64,000 nucleotides of DNA from an uncultured Rhodospirillaceae bacterium (GTDB taxonomy: Bacteria; Pseudomonadota; Alphaproteobacteria; Ferrovibrionales; Ferrovibrionaceae): positions 7,702-71,701 of the forward strand of contig CAYSCA010000002.1 in assembly GCA_964429465.1 (NCBI GenBank), written 5' to 3'. Position 1 is the first letter of the stretch; each line of letters opens with the position of its first letter. The notes under the pieces were generated by a model, which saw only the letters and a list, made by a program, of their open reading frames with translations, was not told the origin of the DNA and did not search any database. Shown here piece by piece: positions 23,612 to 32,201 of this stretch. Made by a program: the position numbers and the translations under genes.

Positions 23612-26590
23612 TCAGACCGGGACGGGGCGGCGCAGCCGCTGGCAGAAATCGGCGAACTCCTCCTTGGTAATGGCGAAGGCAGCCAGCGCCTCGAATCGCT
23701 GCAGGATCTGTCGCCATTTGGCCTCGGAGGAGGTCAGCACGCCATCCTGGATGAAGGTCACCAGATAGCCCCGCTCCAGAGCCGAATGGGCCGTCTGCTT
23801 GACCGAGGTCACGCCGTCCATGCCGGCAATGAAAAGATGCTCGATTCCGTTCTCGCGCAGGAAGCTGTTCAGCCGCGCGCTGGAAAAGGCATCTGGCGCA
23901 TGCTTGGAGAAGACGTGCTCCGAAACCCGGCGGAGGCTGGCCCCGGTTCCGGGTGTGCCGATCTCAAATTCACCTGCATTCCTTATCTGCTGGTGCGTCA
24001 GGTGTCTCCACCGCCCGGACTCACGCTGTGCATAAAGCACCATGACGCCTGATCTTGCCGCAAGGCTCGATATATCGTTGATCGTGTCAATCAGGCGGCC
24101 GTTCGCCGTTTTTATCCGCGAATGGCCGGTCGGGGTGCCGGCAGCGTCAGGAACGTCGATGACCAGCAGAGCGTGGCGCCGGATGGTGGGGCCCGCTCGT
24201 CGGACCTCATCCCGCACCGGCCCGCCGGAATCCCAGCCGGTCAGGGAGGGGGTGATCGCGCCTGTCGGCGAGGACTGGTAGCACTCGAACTCGGTCGAGA
24301 AGTAAGTCCCCTCCGTATACCCATAACTCGCTTGCTGCCGTTCGTTCACCATCGTGACGACCGATCCGACAAGGAATGCATCCGAGCGCCGCAGCTTTTT
24401 CGCCGCCGTTGCAATGGCATCGCGCGGCGTTCCGCCCCACCGCACGGCCAGTACGGTGGCATCGGCATGTTGCGCCAGGAGCACGGCTTCTGATGCCGAA
24501 AGGACAGGCGGGGCGTCGATAATCACGAGATCGTAGCGATCTCGCAGCGAGCCCAGCAGGTCAGGAAGCCTGCGCGTCCAGGTCAGGAGCGACCCGCGCG
24601 AAAACCTGCCCGGAAGCATGACATCGGTGCCGGAGACAACATCGGAAATGATGACCTCGTCGGGGGCTGCAGTATTCTCAAGCACTTCTGCCAGGCCTGC
24701 TCCGGTACGGATGCCGAGCGCCTCACTCGTGCCCTTCTTCCAGAAATCCGCGTCGAGAAGCAGGACGCGATTGCCGCATTGCGCCGCCAGGGCAGCGAGA
24801 CTGAGCGCCAGAGTGGTCTTCCCATCGCCGGGTAGGGCTGAGGTGATTACCGTCACCCGCGGGGGGCTGCTCATCGAGAACAGAGCCGCATAAGCGGCTT
24901 TCAGGGCCTCGCGGTAGGAGGAGCCGTAGCGAGCGGCCTGTGCCGGAGAGCGGCGGGCCGCCTCAGACATCGGAAGCATTCCGAGACCGGAAATCCTGAG
25001 CTGGGCCTCCAGTTCCCGAAGGCTTCGGATGCTGCGATCCGATTTCTCGATCAGGAGTACCACGAGGCCGGCGGCGATCAGTGAGGCGATTCCGGAAACC
25101 AGAATCAGGAGCACTTTCTTGGGGCGTTCGGGAAGAACAGGCAGCTGGGCGTAAGAGGCGATCTGCGCGTCGGGCTTCTGCCACGATGTGTCGGCGTTCT
25201 GGCTAGTCGTTGTCAGCCGCGCCATGAAATCGTCGAGGATGCGGCGGTCGGCCTGCGCCGTGCGTTCCAGTGCGCGCAACGCCACATCGGCATTGTTCAT
25301 CCGGGCCACATCGGCCTTTAGGGCGCCGAGCCGTTGCCGCAGATCCTGCTCTCTCATGCGCGCGATCTGCAGGTCGTTTTCAACGGACGCGATTACGCGC
25401 TGGTTTTCCCGGCGCATCGCCGCATGGATGTTCCGGAGTTTCTCCCGCAATCCCACGGCCGGCGGATACTTCTCTCCGAATTCCGTCGACATCTCGGCGA
25501 GTTGCTGCTGGACCTTGGCTTCTTCGGTCTGCAGTGTTTCCATCAGTGGCGACTCGACGACATCGGTGGTGATGCGGTTGCGCCCGCCGACGTCGATCGA
25601 AGCCCGGTATTGCCGCAGACGCGCCTCGAGGGCAGCGCGTTCCGTCTCGGCAGTTGCGAGTTCGGCGCTGACATCCGTCATCTGCTTGAGCAGCAGCGGT
25701 GAACCGCCGGGCATGGAGAAAAGCCCGTTACGGGAGCGAAATTCCTCTACCGCTCGTTCGGCATTGGCAACCTTTGTTTCCAGTTGCGCAATTCGCTCGC
25801 GCAGCCACTCTGACGTCCGCCTGGCAGATTGCGCGCGCAGATCGAGCTGCCGGTCGACATAATGGTCGACCAGCGTATTGGCTATCCGCATGGCCAGCTC
25901 GGCATCGCGCGACTCAAAGGCGACATCGATCATGCGGGAGTTGTTCCGGATGCCCACCTGCAGACGAGACAGAAAGCCCTGTACCGCCTGGGAGAGCGCG
26001 GCCGAGGCCCCTGCGGGTTGCTCGGCGGACTGGTCGCCCAGGATCCAGAGCCTGATCCGCAACACCAGGTTTCTGATCTGCGCCACGACGCCGGTTTCCC
26101 CCCGTGCCGCCTGGGCTGGATTGATTTCCGGGTGGTTTTCCAGTGCGAGGGCGCGGATCACCGTCGCGGCGAGCTGCGGGGAATGGAGGATCTCGACGGC
26201 GGTTTGCACGGCTCCCGTATCAGGCGGAAGGGCAGGAGCCGTGTCCCGGCTCGCCCGACTGGTTTCGGTGGAATCACCGAGGACTACCAGCGCATGGGCG
26301 ACATAACGAGGCGGCAACTGCACGATGATCGCTGCGGCGAGGCCGGTCCCGAGAACGGCTATGGCGGCGAACAGGAATTTCCGGCGCCAGAGCGTGCGAA
26401 GGATTGCTGCGTAATCAAGCGCATCGCTGTCGTGCGGCGGCATCGGGCCGCCGATATCGTCTTCCATATGGGATGGGCGACCCGGATTACGCGCCGCAAA
26501 CCCGTGAGCGGCAGGGACTAGGTCATTTGTCCGGGGCTGTCCGGGCCATCTTCCGGGGTGGTCCGGTCGCCACACGCCGCTCTCACCCAT
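23612..26590 (-). CDS. polysaccharide co-polymerase / BY-tyrosine autokinase (ExoP/Wzc-like) fused to a C-terminal isochorismatase-like hydrolase domain
   Basis: 992 aa. ATG 26590 is preceded by GGAGG. Contains a Wzz-like N-terminal TM region, coiled-coil, second TM, Walker A 'LPGDGKTT', A' 'LLLDADF', B 'LVIIDAPP' and Tyr cluster 'SYGYTEGTYFSTEFECY'. These are followed by 'ALLVIDV...SKHAPDAF...IAGMDGVTSVKQTAHSALERGYLV'. Confidence 0.85.
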   Translation of the reverse strand: MGESGVWRPDHPGRWPGQPRTNDLVPAAHGFAARNPGRPSHMEDDIGGPMPPHDSDALDYAAILRTLWRRKFLFAAIAVLGTGLAAAIIVQLPPRYVAHALVVLGDSTETSRASRDTAPALPPDTGAVQTAVEILHSPQLAATVIRALALENHPEINPAQAARGETGVVAQIRNLVLRIRLWILGDQSAEQPAGASAALSQAVQGFLSRLQVGIRNNSRMIDVAFESRDAELAMRIANTLVDHYVDRQLDLRAQSARRTSEWLRERIAQLETKVANAERAVEEFRSRNGLFSMPGGSPLLLKQMTDVSAELATAETERAALEARLRQYRASIDVGGRNRITTDVVESPLMETLQTEEAKVQQQLAEMSTEFGEKYPPAVGLREKLRNIHAAMRRENQRVIASVENDLQIARMREQDLRQRLGALKADVARMNNADVALRALERTAQADRRILDDFMARLTTTSQNADTSWQKPDAQIASYAQLPVLPERPKKVLLILVSGIASLIAAGLVVLLIEKSDRSIRSLRELEAQLRISGLGMLPMSEAARRSPAQAARYGSSYREALKAAYAALFSMSSPPRVTVITSALPGDGKTTLALSLAALAAQCGNRVLLLDADFWKKGTSEALGIRTGAGLAEVLENTAAPDEVIISDVVSGTDVMLPGRFSRGSLLTWTRRLPDLLGSLRDRYDLVIIDAPPVLSASEAVLLAQHADATVLAVRWGGTPRDAIATAAKKLRRSDAFLVGSVVTMVNERQQASYGYTEGTYFSTEFECYQSSPTGAITPSLTGWDSGGPVRDEVRRAGPTIRRHALLVIDVPDAAGTPTGHSRIKTANGRLIDTINDISSLAARSGVMVLYAQRESGRWRHLTHQQIRNAGEFEIGTPGTGASLRRVSEHVFSKHAPDAFSSARLNSFLRENGIEHLFIAGMDGVTSVKQTAHSALERGYLVTFIQDGVLTSSEAKWRQILQRFEALAAFAITKEEFADFCQRLRRPVPV

Positions 26591-26691
26591 CTGAACCTCC
26601 GTCTCGGCGGGCCGGCAGCCAGCCAGCCGTTCTGCCCAAACTCCGCGGGTGCCTTGCCGGCCTGCAATTTGTCGCTTGTATCCTCACCCGC

Positions 26692-26733
26692 GACTCGATA
26701 AGAAAAGAAAAGAAAAGAAAAAGCAAGAATAAG
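26692..26733. promoter_or_regulatory. (GAAAA)n polypurine tract element, copy 1 (divergent promoter region)
   Basis: gactcgataaGAAAAGAAAAGAAAAGAAAAAgcaagaataag in the 185-bp gap between divergent genes. Related tracts lie at 28897-28944 and 42877-42932. Confidence 0.6.
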
Positions 26734-26775
26734 TTCGGGGGCACAGACCGAAGCCGGGACCGGGGAGGAGAATCG

Positions 26776-28260
26776 ATGTCTGGCGGTGGCGATGTTCTCT
26801 ACGGGCCGAAACCCGCTATTTTGGACCGTCTGCCGTTCCAGATCGGATCCAGGTCGTCACCGCGCAAGCCTCGGGTCCCATCGGCAACCGATCTGCAGAC
26901 GCGCCTGCCAGGACTTGTGATCGTGTGGGACTGGCTGGGGATTACCGCGGCGGGGTTGCTGATCGATGTGGCCCTGGCCCAGGAAGACGTCAGCGAGCCG
27001 TCCCGCTACCTGGATATCGTGCTCGCGGCCACGCTGGCGGTTAATTACCTGCATCTGCTTCGCGGCTATTGCATTCCCAGCATGCATAAAATGGGTGTCC
27101 AGGTGACGAAGGCGTCCCTGGCCTGGTTCGGCGCCTTCGCCAGCGTGGCGGCAATCGACTATGCGGCCGGGCAGGTAACTGAATTCGGGGAAATCTGGGC
27201 GGGCCTCTGGTTCGTCAGCGCATGGCTGTTCATTTGCACGTCCAGAGGGCTGGTGGGTTCCCTGCTATCGCGCTGGCAAAGGGACGGTCGGCTGGCCCGC
27301 AGGATTGCAGTGCTCGGGACGGGACCAGCCGCCGCTGTTCTCGCGCGCAGATTGCAGGCCCATAGCGAGGAGGCTACCGTCATTGGTCTTTTTGTCGAAG
27401 ACGACGTTGCGGCGGGAGTGGATGAAAGCGCAGGGAGTCTGGACCGTCTTACATTGCTGGCCAATTCCGGCGAAGTCGACGAGGTGATCCTCGCAATAAC
27501 CGGCGACCCATCTGCGGGCTTGCGGCAGACAATGGCGAAACTGGCGCTGACCCAGGTCGAGGTGAAGATTTCTCCACGGCTCCCCGATCTCGGCTTTCCG
27601 GTCCAGGGGCTCAGCAAAGTGGCCGGCATCTCAGCTCTGACGATCCAGGCGAGACCGTTGTCCGGCTGGGGCGCCCCCCTGAAGCGCGCGGAAGACATCG
27701 TACTGACCAGCTTTCTGCTTATCCTGCTGACGCCACTGCTGCTGCTGCTCGCCGTGCTCATCAAGCTGGACAGCCCGGGTCCTGTGATATTCCGGCAGGA
27801 GCGCCACGGGTTCAACAATAACCGGTTCTGCGTTTTTAAGTTCCGCACCATGCATCATGTGCCGGATCCGGATCCCGGCATTCCCCAGGCACGGCGCAAT
27901 GACCCGCGCGTGACGCGCATTGGCGCCATCCTCCGCTGCACCAGCCTGGATGAACTCCCCCAGTTGTTTAATGTCCTGTTGGGTGACATGTCGCTCGTCG
28001 GACCCCGGCCCCACGCGACGGCACACAACGACAAGTATGCCCCTCTCATTGATGGCTATCTGGCACGGCACCGCGTGCGGCCCGGCATTACCGGCTGGGC
28101 TCAGGTGAATGGCTGGCGAGGCGAAACGGAAACGCTCGAAAAGATGCGGAATCGCCTTGAGCACGACCTGTTCTACATCGCCAACTGGTCGCTGCTGCTG
28201 GATCTGAAAGTTCTGGCTTTGACATTTCCCGTCATCGTGCGCGGGACGAATGCCTACTGA
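26776..28260 (+). CDS. undecaprenyl-phosphate hexose-1-phosphate transferase (WbaP/ExoY-family priming glycosyltransferase)
   Basis: ATG 26776 follows GGGGAGGAG. TM-rich N-terminus. C-terminal bacterial sugar transferase motifs 'PGPVIFRQERHGFNNNRFCVFKFRTM...DELPQLFNVLLGDMSLVGPRP'. Confidence 0.9.
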   Translation: MSGGGDVLYGPKPAILDRLPFQIGSRSSPRKPRVPSATDLQTRLPGLVIVWDWLGITAAGLLIDVALAQEDVSEPSRYLDIVLAATLAVNYLHLLRGYCIPSMHKMGVQVTKASLAWFGAFASVAAIDYAAGQVTEFGEIWAGLWFVSAWLFICTSRGLVGSLLSRWQRDGRLARRIAVLGTGPAAAVLARRLQAHSEEATVIGLFVEDDVAAGVDESAGSLDRLTLLANSGEVDEVILAITGDPSAGLRQTMAKLALTQVEVKISPRLPDLGFPVQGLSKVAGISALTIQARPLSGWGAPLKRAEDIVLTSFLLILLTPLLLLLAVLIKLDSPGPVIFRQERHGFNNNRFCVFKFRTMHHVPDPDPGIPQARRNDPRVTRIGAILRCTSLDELPQLFNVLLGDMSLVGPRPHATAHNDKYAPLIDGYLARHRVRPGITGWAQVNGWRGETETLEKMRNRLEHDLFYIANWSLLLDLKVLALTFPVIVRGTNAY

Positions 28261-28310
28261 TTGCGAAGGGATTAGTGGCGGTCGAAGCTTTGGCGCGGTG
28301 GCGGCGCCGG

Positions 28311-28784
28311 CTATGGAAGCCTTCTGCGACGAGTACTCTTGCGGCTCTCCAGGACTCGCTCGATTTCCACCCGGGTGCGCGCGCTCGAGCGCAGCAACCG
28401 GTCGGTGGCAAGGAGCAGCGCTTCAAAGTTGGCATCGCTGTCGCTGAGAGAGATTGCATCCAGGCCGGCCAGAAACGATGCGATATCGCTGTTGACGCGC
28501 TCCCATATTTCATCGGCGGAACGTCGCACCGGGTGAATCCTGCTTTCGACGGAAACGACTTGCGCGGTCACGCGATCGTTTTCGCCGCGGGCGGGAGACT
28601 GGTTTGCTGCGGTATCAGGCTTCGTCGGCGAATGATCGGCGCGATGAACGATGTAGCGGATCGCCGGCGCCGTGCACTCGTAGCTTCGGGCTATATCGGC
28701 CAACGTCTCCCCCTTCCGGAAGCGCGCGATAATCTTCGGCCATTCTTCTCGGCGGATTTTCCCGCGAATTCTGGCTTTGCTCAA
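28311..28784 (-). CDS. small putative DNA-binding protein (N-terminal helix-turn-helix)
   Basis: 157 aa with a TTG start. 'KGETLADIARSYECTAPAIRYIVHR' looks like a Hin/IS-type HTH. The rest is low-complexity/helical. No family assigned. Confidence 0.5.
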   Translation of the reverse strand: MSKARIRGKIRREEWPKIIARFRKGETLADIARSYECTAPAIRYIVHRADHSPTKPDTAANQSPARGENDRVTAQVVSVESRIHPVRRSADEIWERVNSDIASFLAGLDAISLSDSDANFEALLLATDRLLRSSARTRVEIERVLESRKSTRRRRLP

Positions 28785-28896
28785 TTCACCTAGCCCTCAT
28801 TGTATCATGCACGCGAATCGTAGCATGCAGGTCGTGCGTGACCAAACGGTGATATAGGCGCCGGCAGGCAATCTTACAAGAATGCATTTGCCCTGT

Positions 28897-28944
28897 CTTA
28901 TCGTTGTCTTATTTTTTTCTTTTCTTTTCTTTTCGTTATTGATA
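28897..28944. promoter_or_regulatory. (GAAAA)n tract element, copy 2 (TTTTC on + strand)
   Basis: cttatcgttgtcttaTTTTTTTCTTTTCTTTTCTTTTCgttattgata. Reverse complement gives GAAAAGAAAAGAAAAGAAAAAAAtaag...cgataag. Lies between the divergent regulator gene and the rfbF-like gene. Confidence 0.6.
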
Positions 28945-28990
28945 CAAAAGCGGCCAATGCCGATGCAAACCGTCGCACCAGTGGTCGCTC

Positions 28991-29839
28991 ATGACAAAAA
29001 TGATTCAGGAAGTAGACGCATTGGTGGCGGGAGAGAGAGGGGCGGTCCGACGACTGAAGTCGCCGCCGGTGGCGATCCTGGCCGGCGGCCTCGGGACCAG
29101 GCTCTCCGAGGAGACAAGTGCCCGGCCGAAACCCCTCGTCGAGATTGGCGGCAAGCCAATCATCTGGCACGTCATGAAGCATTACGACGTCCACGGGATG
29201 AACGAGTTCATCATCGCCCTCGGCTACAGGAAAGAAGCGGTAATCCAGTATTTTCTCAATCTGCATACCTATAGCCAGAATCTGACCGTACGCACGCGGG
29301 ATGGTTTCACCTCCCTCCACGGACCGGCTGCAGGGCCGGATTGGACGGTCCATCTGATCGATACGGGTGCTGAAACGGCGACGGGCGGGCGCATCAAGCG
29401 GCTGCAGCCCTATCTAGGCGGCGGCACCTTCATGCTCACCTGGTGCGACGGCATCTCCAACGTCAACCTCGATGAGCTGCTGGCCTTCCATCGCGCCCAC
29501 GGAAAACTGGCTACAATAACTGTGGTTCGCGCACCGTCCCGCTTCGGCTTCGTCGAACTGGCGGGCAACAGCATGGTTCAGCGCTTTACCGAAAAGCCCG
29601 AGCAGGGCGAGGGCTGGATCAACGGCGCCTTCTTCGTGCTAGAGCCGGGCATATTCGACTACATCGCTGGCGACGACACGATGTGGGAGCGCGAGCCGCT
29701 GCAGGCGCTCGCAGCCGACGGCGAGCTCGTCGCCTACACGCATCGTTCCTACTGGCAATGCATGGATACACTGCGGGAAAAGATCCTCCTCGAGGATCTG
29801 TGGTCCAAAGGCGTCGCGCCCTGGAAGACCTGGGAATGA
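28991..29839 (+). CDS. rfbF: glucose-1-phosphate cytidylyltransferase
   Basis: 'VAILAGGLGTRLSEETSARPKPLVEIGGKPIIWHVMKHY...GGRIKRL' matches the RfbF/DdhA family pattern. The N-terminal ~25 aa may be an over-extension, so the start is uncertain. Confidence 0.8.
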   Translation: MTKMIQEVDALVAGERGAVRRLKSPPVAILAGGLGTRLSEETSARPKPLVEIGGKPIIWHVMKHYDVHGMNEFIIALGYRKEAVIQYFLNLHTYSQNLTVRTRDGFTSLHGPAAGPDWTVHLIDTGAETATGGRIKRLQPYLGGGTFMLTWCDGISNVNLDELLAFHRAHGKLATITVVRAPSRFGFVELAGNSMVQRFTEKPEQGEGWINGAFFVLEPGIFDYIAGDDTMWEREPLQALAADGELVAYTHRSYWQCMDTLREKILLEDLWSKGVAPWKTWE

Positions 29840-29856
29840 ACATATAGGGGGATGCG

Positions 29857-30981
29857 ATGAAGATTCTCGTCACCGGTCACACAGGCTATATCGGGACCAT
29901 TCTCACGCAAATGCTGCTGCAGGCAGGCCATCAGGTGGTGGGTGTCGACACCGAGCTCTTTGCGGGATGCACCTTCGGCACCGACACATCCTCCGATATC
30001 GTCACGGTCAACTCCGACATACGGGACCTGACGGTCGCCCAGCTCCGTACCGTGGATGCCATCGTCCACCTTGCGGGAATCTGCAACGATCCTCTTGGGG
30101 ATCTGTTTCCGGAAACGACGATGGACGTCAACGACACGGCGACGATCCGGCTGGCAGAACTGGCCCGGGAAGCCGGCGTTGAGCGGTTTGTTTTTTCGTC
30201 CACCTGCAGCGTATATGGCGCGGCGGAACAGGACTGGGTCGACGAGACATCGAAAACCAATCCGGTCACGCCTTACGCTGTATCGAAGTATCGGGCAGAA
30301 CGAGGGTTGCTCGCTCTCGCCAATGACCGGTTTTCTCCTGTGCTGCTTCGCAGCGCCACCGCCTACGGATTTTCGCCACGTATCCGGTTCGATCTGGTTT
30401 TAAACAACCTGATGGCACATGCCGTAACGACCGGACGGGTCTTCCTTAAGAGTGACGGGACGGCGTGGCGGCCCCTGGTCCATATCGCGGATATCAGTAG
30501 GGCATTCTTGGCGGCAGTCGAGGCGCCACGGGAAGCCGTCCATTGCGAGACATTCAATGTCGGAACAACTGCTGAGAACTATCGGGTGCGCAGCATAGCG
30601 GAGATCGTCCGGAACACGGTGGAGGGGGCCGCGATCGCCTATGCCGACGGTGCCGCAACCGACAAGCGCTCTTACCGTGTGAGCTTCAGAAAAATCGAAA
30701 GCAGGCTTCCGAACTTCAAGCCGCAATGGACCGCCATGGCAGGAGCGCTGGAACTTCATGCCTGCTACGCGAAATTTGGCCTTGCGCTCGAGGACTTTGA
30801 AGGGGCGCGTTATCAGCGCCTGGCGCATCTCAAATCTTTGTTGGCGGCCGGCATTCTCGATCAGTCGCTACGCAAACTGCCGCGGTCTCATGAACCAGTG
30901 CCGGCGGCGGAGGGCTTTGCGCCGGCCTTCCGCGATGCACCAGCCGTGGATGTCCAGTCGAGCGGAGTGAGTCAACCGTGA
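29857..30981 (+). CDS. NAD-dependent epimerase/dehydratase (extended SDR)
   Basis: AGGGGGA RBS. 'MKILVTGHTGYIGT' Rossmann motif, 'YAVSKY' catalytic YxxxK. 374 aa. Confidence 0.8.
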   Translation: MKILVTGHTGYIGTILTQMLLQAGHQVVGVDTELFAGCTFGTDTSSDIVTVNSDIRDLTVAQLRTVDAIVHLAGICNDPLGDLFPETTMDVNDTATIRLAELAREAGVERFVFSSTCSVYGAAEQDWVDETSKTNPVTPYAVSKYRAERGLLALANDRFSPVLLRSATAYGFSPRIRFDLVLNNLMAHAVTTGRVFLKSDGTAWRPLVHIADISRAFLAAVEAPREAVHCETFNVGTTAENYRVRSIAEIVRNTVEGAAIAYADGAATDKRSYRVSFRKIESRLPNFKPQWTAMAGALELHACYAKFGLALEDFEGARYQRLAHLKSLLAAGILDQSLRKLPRSHEPVPAAEGFAPAFRDAPAVDVQSSGVSQP

Positions 30982-32201
30982 CGACGAAACGTTGCCCGAA
31001 TTGCGGCGTGGAAGATGGGTACATCTTCCACCGGATATTCCAGGTGCCGGTGAACAGTTGCCTGATGTTTGCCGACCGCAGCCGCGCCGAAGGCCTGAAG
31101 AGGGGCGATATACATCTGGCGTTCTGCGAAAATTGTGCCTTCGTCTTTAATGCCGCCTGGGAGAGCGGCGCCACGGTATATTCCGATCTGTATGAGGAAA
31201 CGCAGGTTTTCTCGGAAACCTATCGGGTCTATCAGCAACAGCTCGCAGAGGATCTGATCGGCCGATATGACCTGTTTGGGAAGGAGATCGTCGAGATCGG
31301 CTGCGGCAAGGGTGCTTTTCTTCGCTTGCTCTGCGACATGGGGGATAATGCCGGGATCGGATACGATCCGAGTTTCGTGCCTGAGAGGGCTGAAACAGGC
31401 AAAGCGAACATCACCTTCAGGCGGGAGTATTTCTCCGAAAATACCGACCAGGCGGCTCCGGATTTCGTCTGCTGCCGCATGACGCTGGAGCATATCGCCG
31501 AGACGCAGCGTTTTGTGCGGGCTGTACGGCGGATTGCCTCGCCGGAACGCGGTACCGTCGTTTTCTTCCAGATTCCTGATGTCCGTCGAATTCTCGCCGA
31601 GGGCGCGTTCTGGGACATCTATTATGAGCATTGTTCCTATTTCTCTCCGGCCTCTCTCGGATACCTCTTCCGCAGCGCAGGGTTTGACATCCTGCGGATG
31701 GATTGTGGCTATGACGATCAGTATCTGACGATCGAGGCCTATCCGGCGCAATCGGCGGGCAGGGCGGAAGCAGCAGCGCATGACGGAAATGTGGAACAGT
31801 TGACCAGAGACGTGGCGAACTTCTCATACGCCGCTTCCGAATGCGCAGCATATTGGGATGCGCTAATCGGCTCTGTTACCCGCAAGGGAGGCCGGGTCGC
31901 ATTGTGGGGCTCCGGATCAAAGGCTGTCGCCTTTCTCTCGGCGGTCAAGGCGGCAGAAAAGATCGAGTACCTGGTCGACATCAATCCTTTCCGCTGGGGG
32001 AAATTCGTCCCAGGCACCGGAAAGCAGATCGTGGGCCCCGAACATCTGTCACGGTTTCCGCCGGACCTAGTGATTGCAATGAACCCGATCTACCGGCAGG
32101 AGATCGCCGCCGACTTGGTCCGGTATGGTGGCGGCGCCGTGACTTTGGGTGCACTCGGAGATCTGCAGGCCGAGCCGGTCTCCGCCAGTACGCTGATCTG
32201 A
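30978..32201 (+). CDS. SAM-dependent sugar C-methyltransferase-family protein (Zn-ribbon + MTase + C-terminal domain)
   Basis: GTG start in a GTGA overlap. 'CPNCG...CENC' Cys4, 'VEIGCGKGAF' motif I, C-terminal 'VALWGSGSKAVAFL...DINPFRWGKFVPGTGKQIV'. Confidence 0.75.
   Translation: MTTKRCPNCGVEDGYIFHRIFQVPVNSCLMFADRSRAEGLKRGDIHLAFCENCAFVFNAAWESGATVYSDLYEETQVFSETYRVYQQQLAEDLIGRYDLFGKEIVEIGCGKGAFLRLLCDMGDNAGIGYDPSFVPERAETGKANITFRREYFSENTDQAAPDFVCCRMTLEHIAETQRFVRAVRRIASPERGTVVFFQIPDVRRILAEGAFWDIYYEHCSYFSPASLGYLFRSAGFDILRMDCGYDDQYLTIEAYPAQSAGRAEAAAHDGNVEQLTRDVANFSYAASECAAYWDALIGSVTRKGGRVALWGSGSKAVAFLSAVKAAEKIEYLVDINPFRWGKFVPGTGKQIVGPEHLSRFPPDLVIAMNPIYRQEIAADLVRYGGGAVTLGALGDLQAEPVSASTLI

Noticed and set aside
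26404-26775. N-terminal extension of the priming transferase ORF, including a Lys-rich peptide 'IRKEKKRKSKNKF'
   Set aside because: The Lys-rich stretch is simply the (GAAAA)n tract read in frame. ATG 26776 has a strong GGGGAGGAG RBS. The similar Lys-rich ends of ORFs 28898-29353 and 42908-44176 are the same artefact.
28991-29065. Possible pseudogenisation or unusual leader of the rfbF-like gene (about 25 extra N-terminal residues before 'VAILAGGLGTR')
   Set aside because: No frameshift or stop is seen. This is most likely only uncertainty about the true start codon, since no convincing RBS appears at any candidate. It is not evidence of anything unusual.
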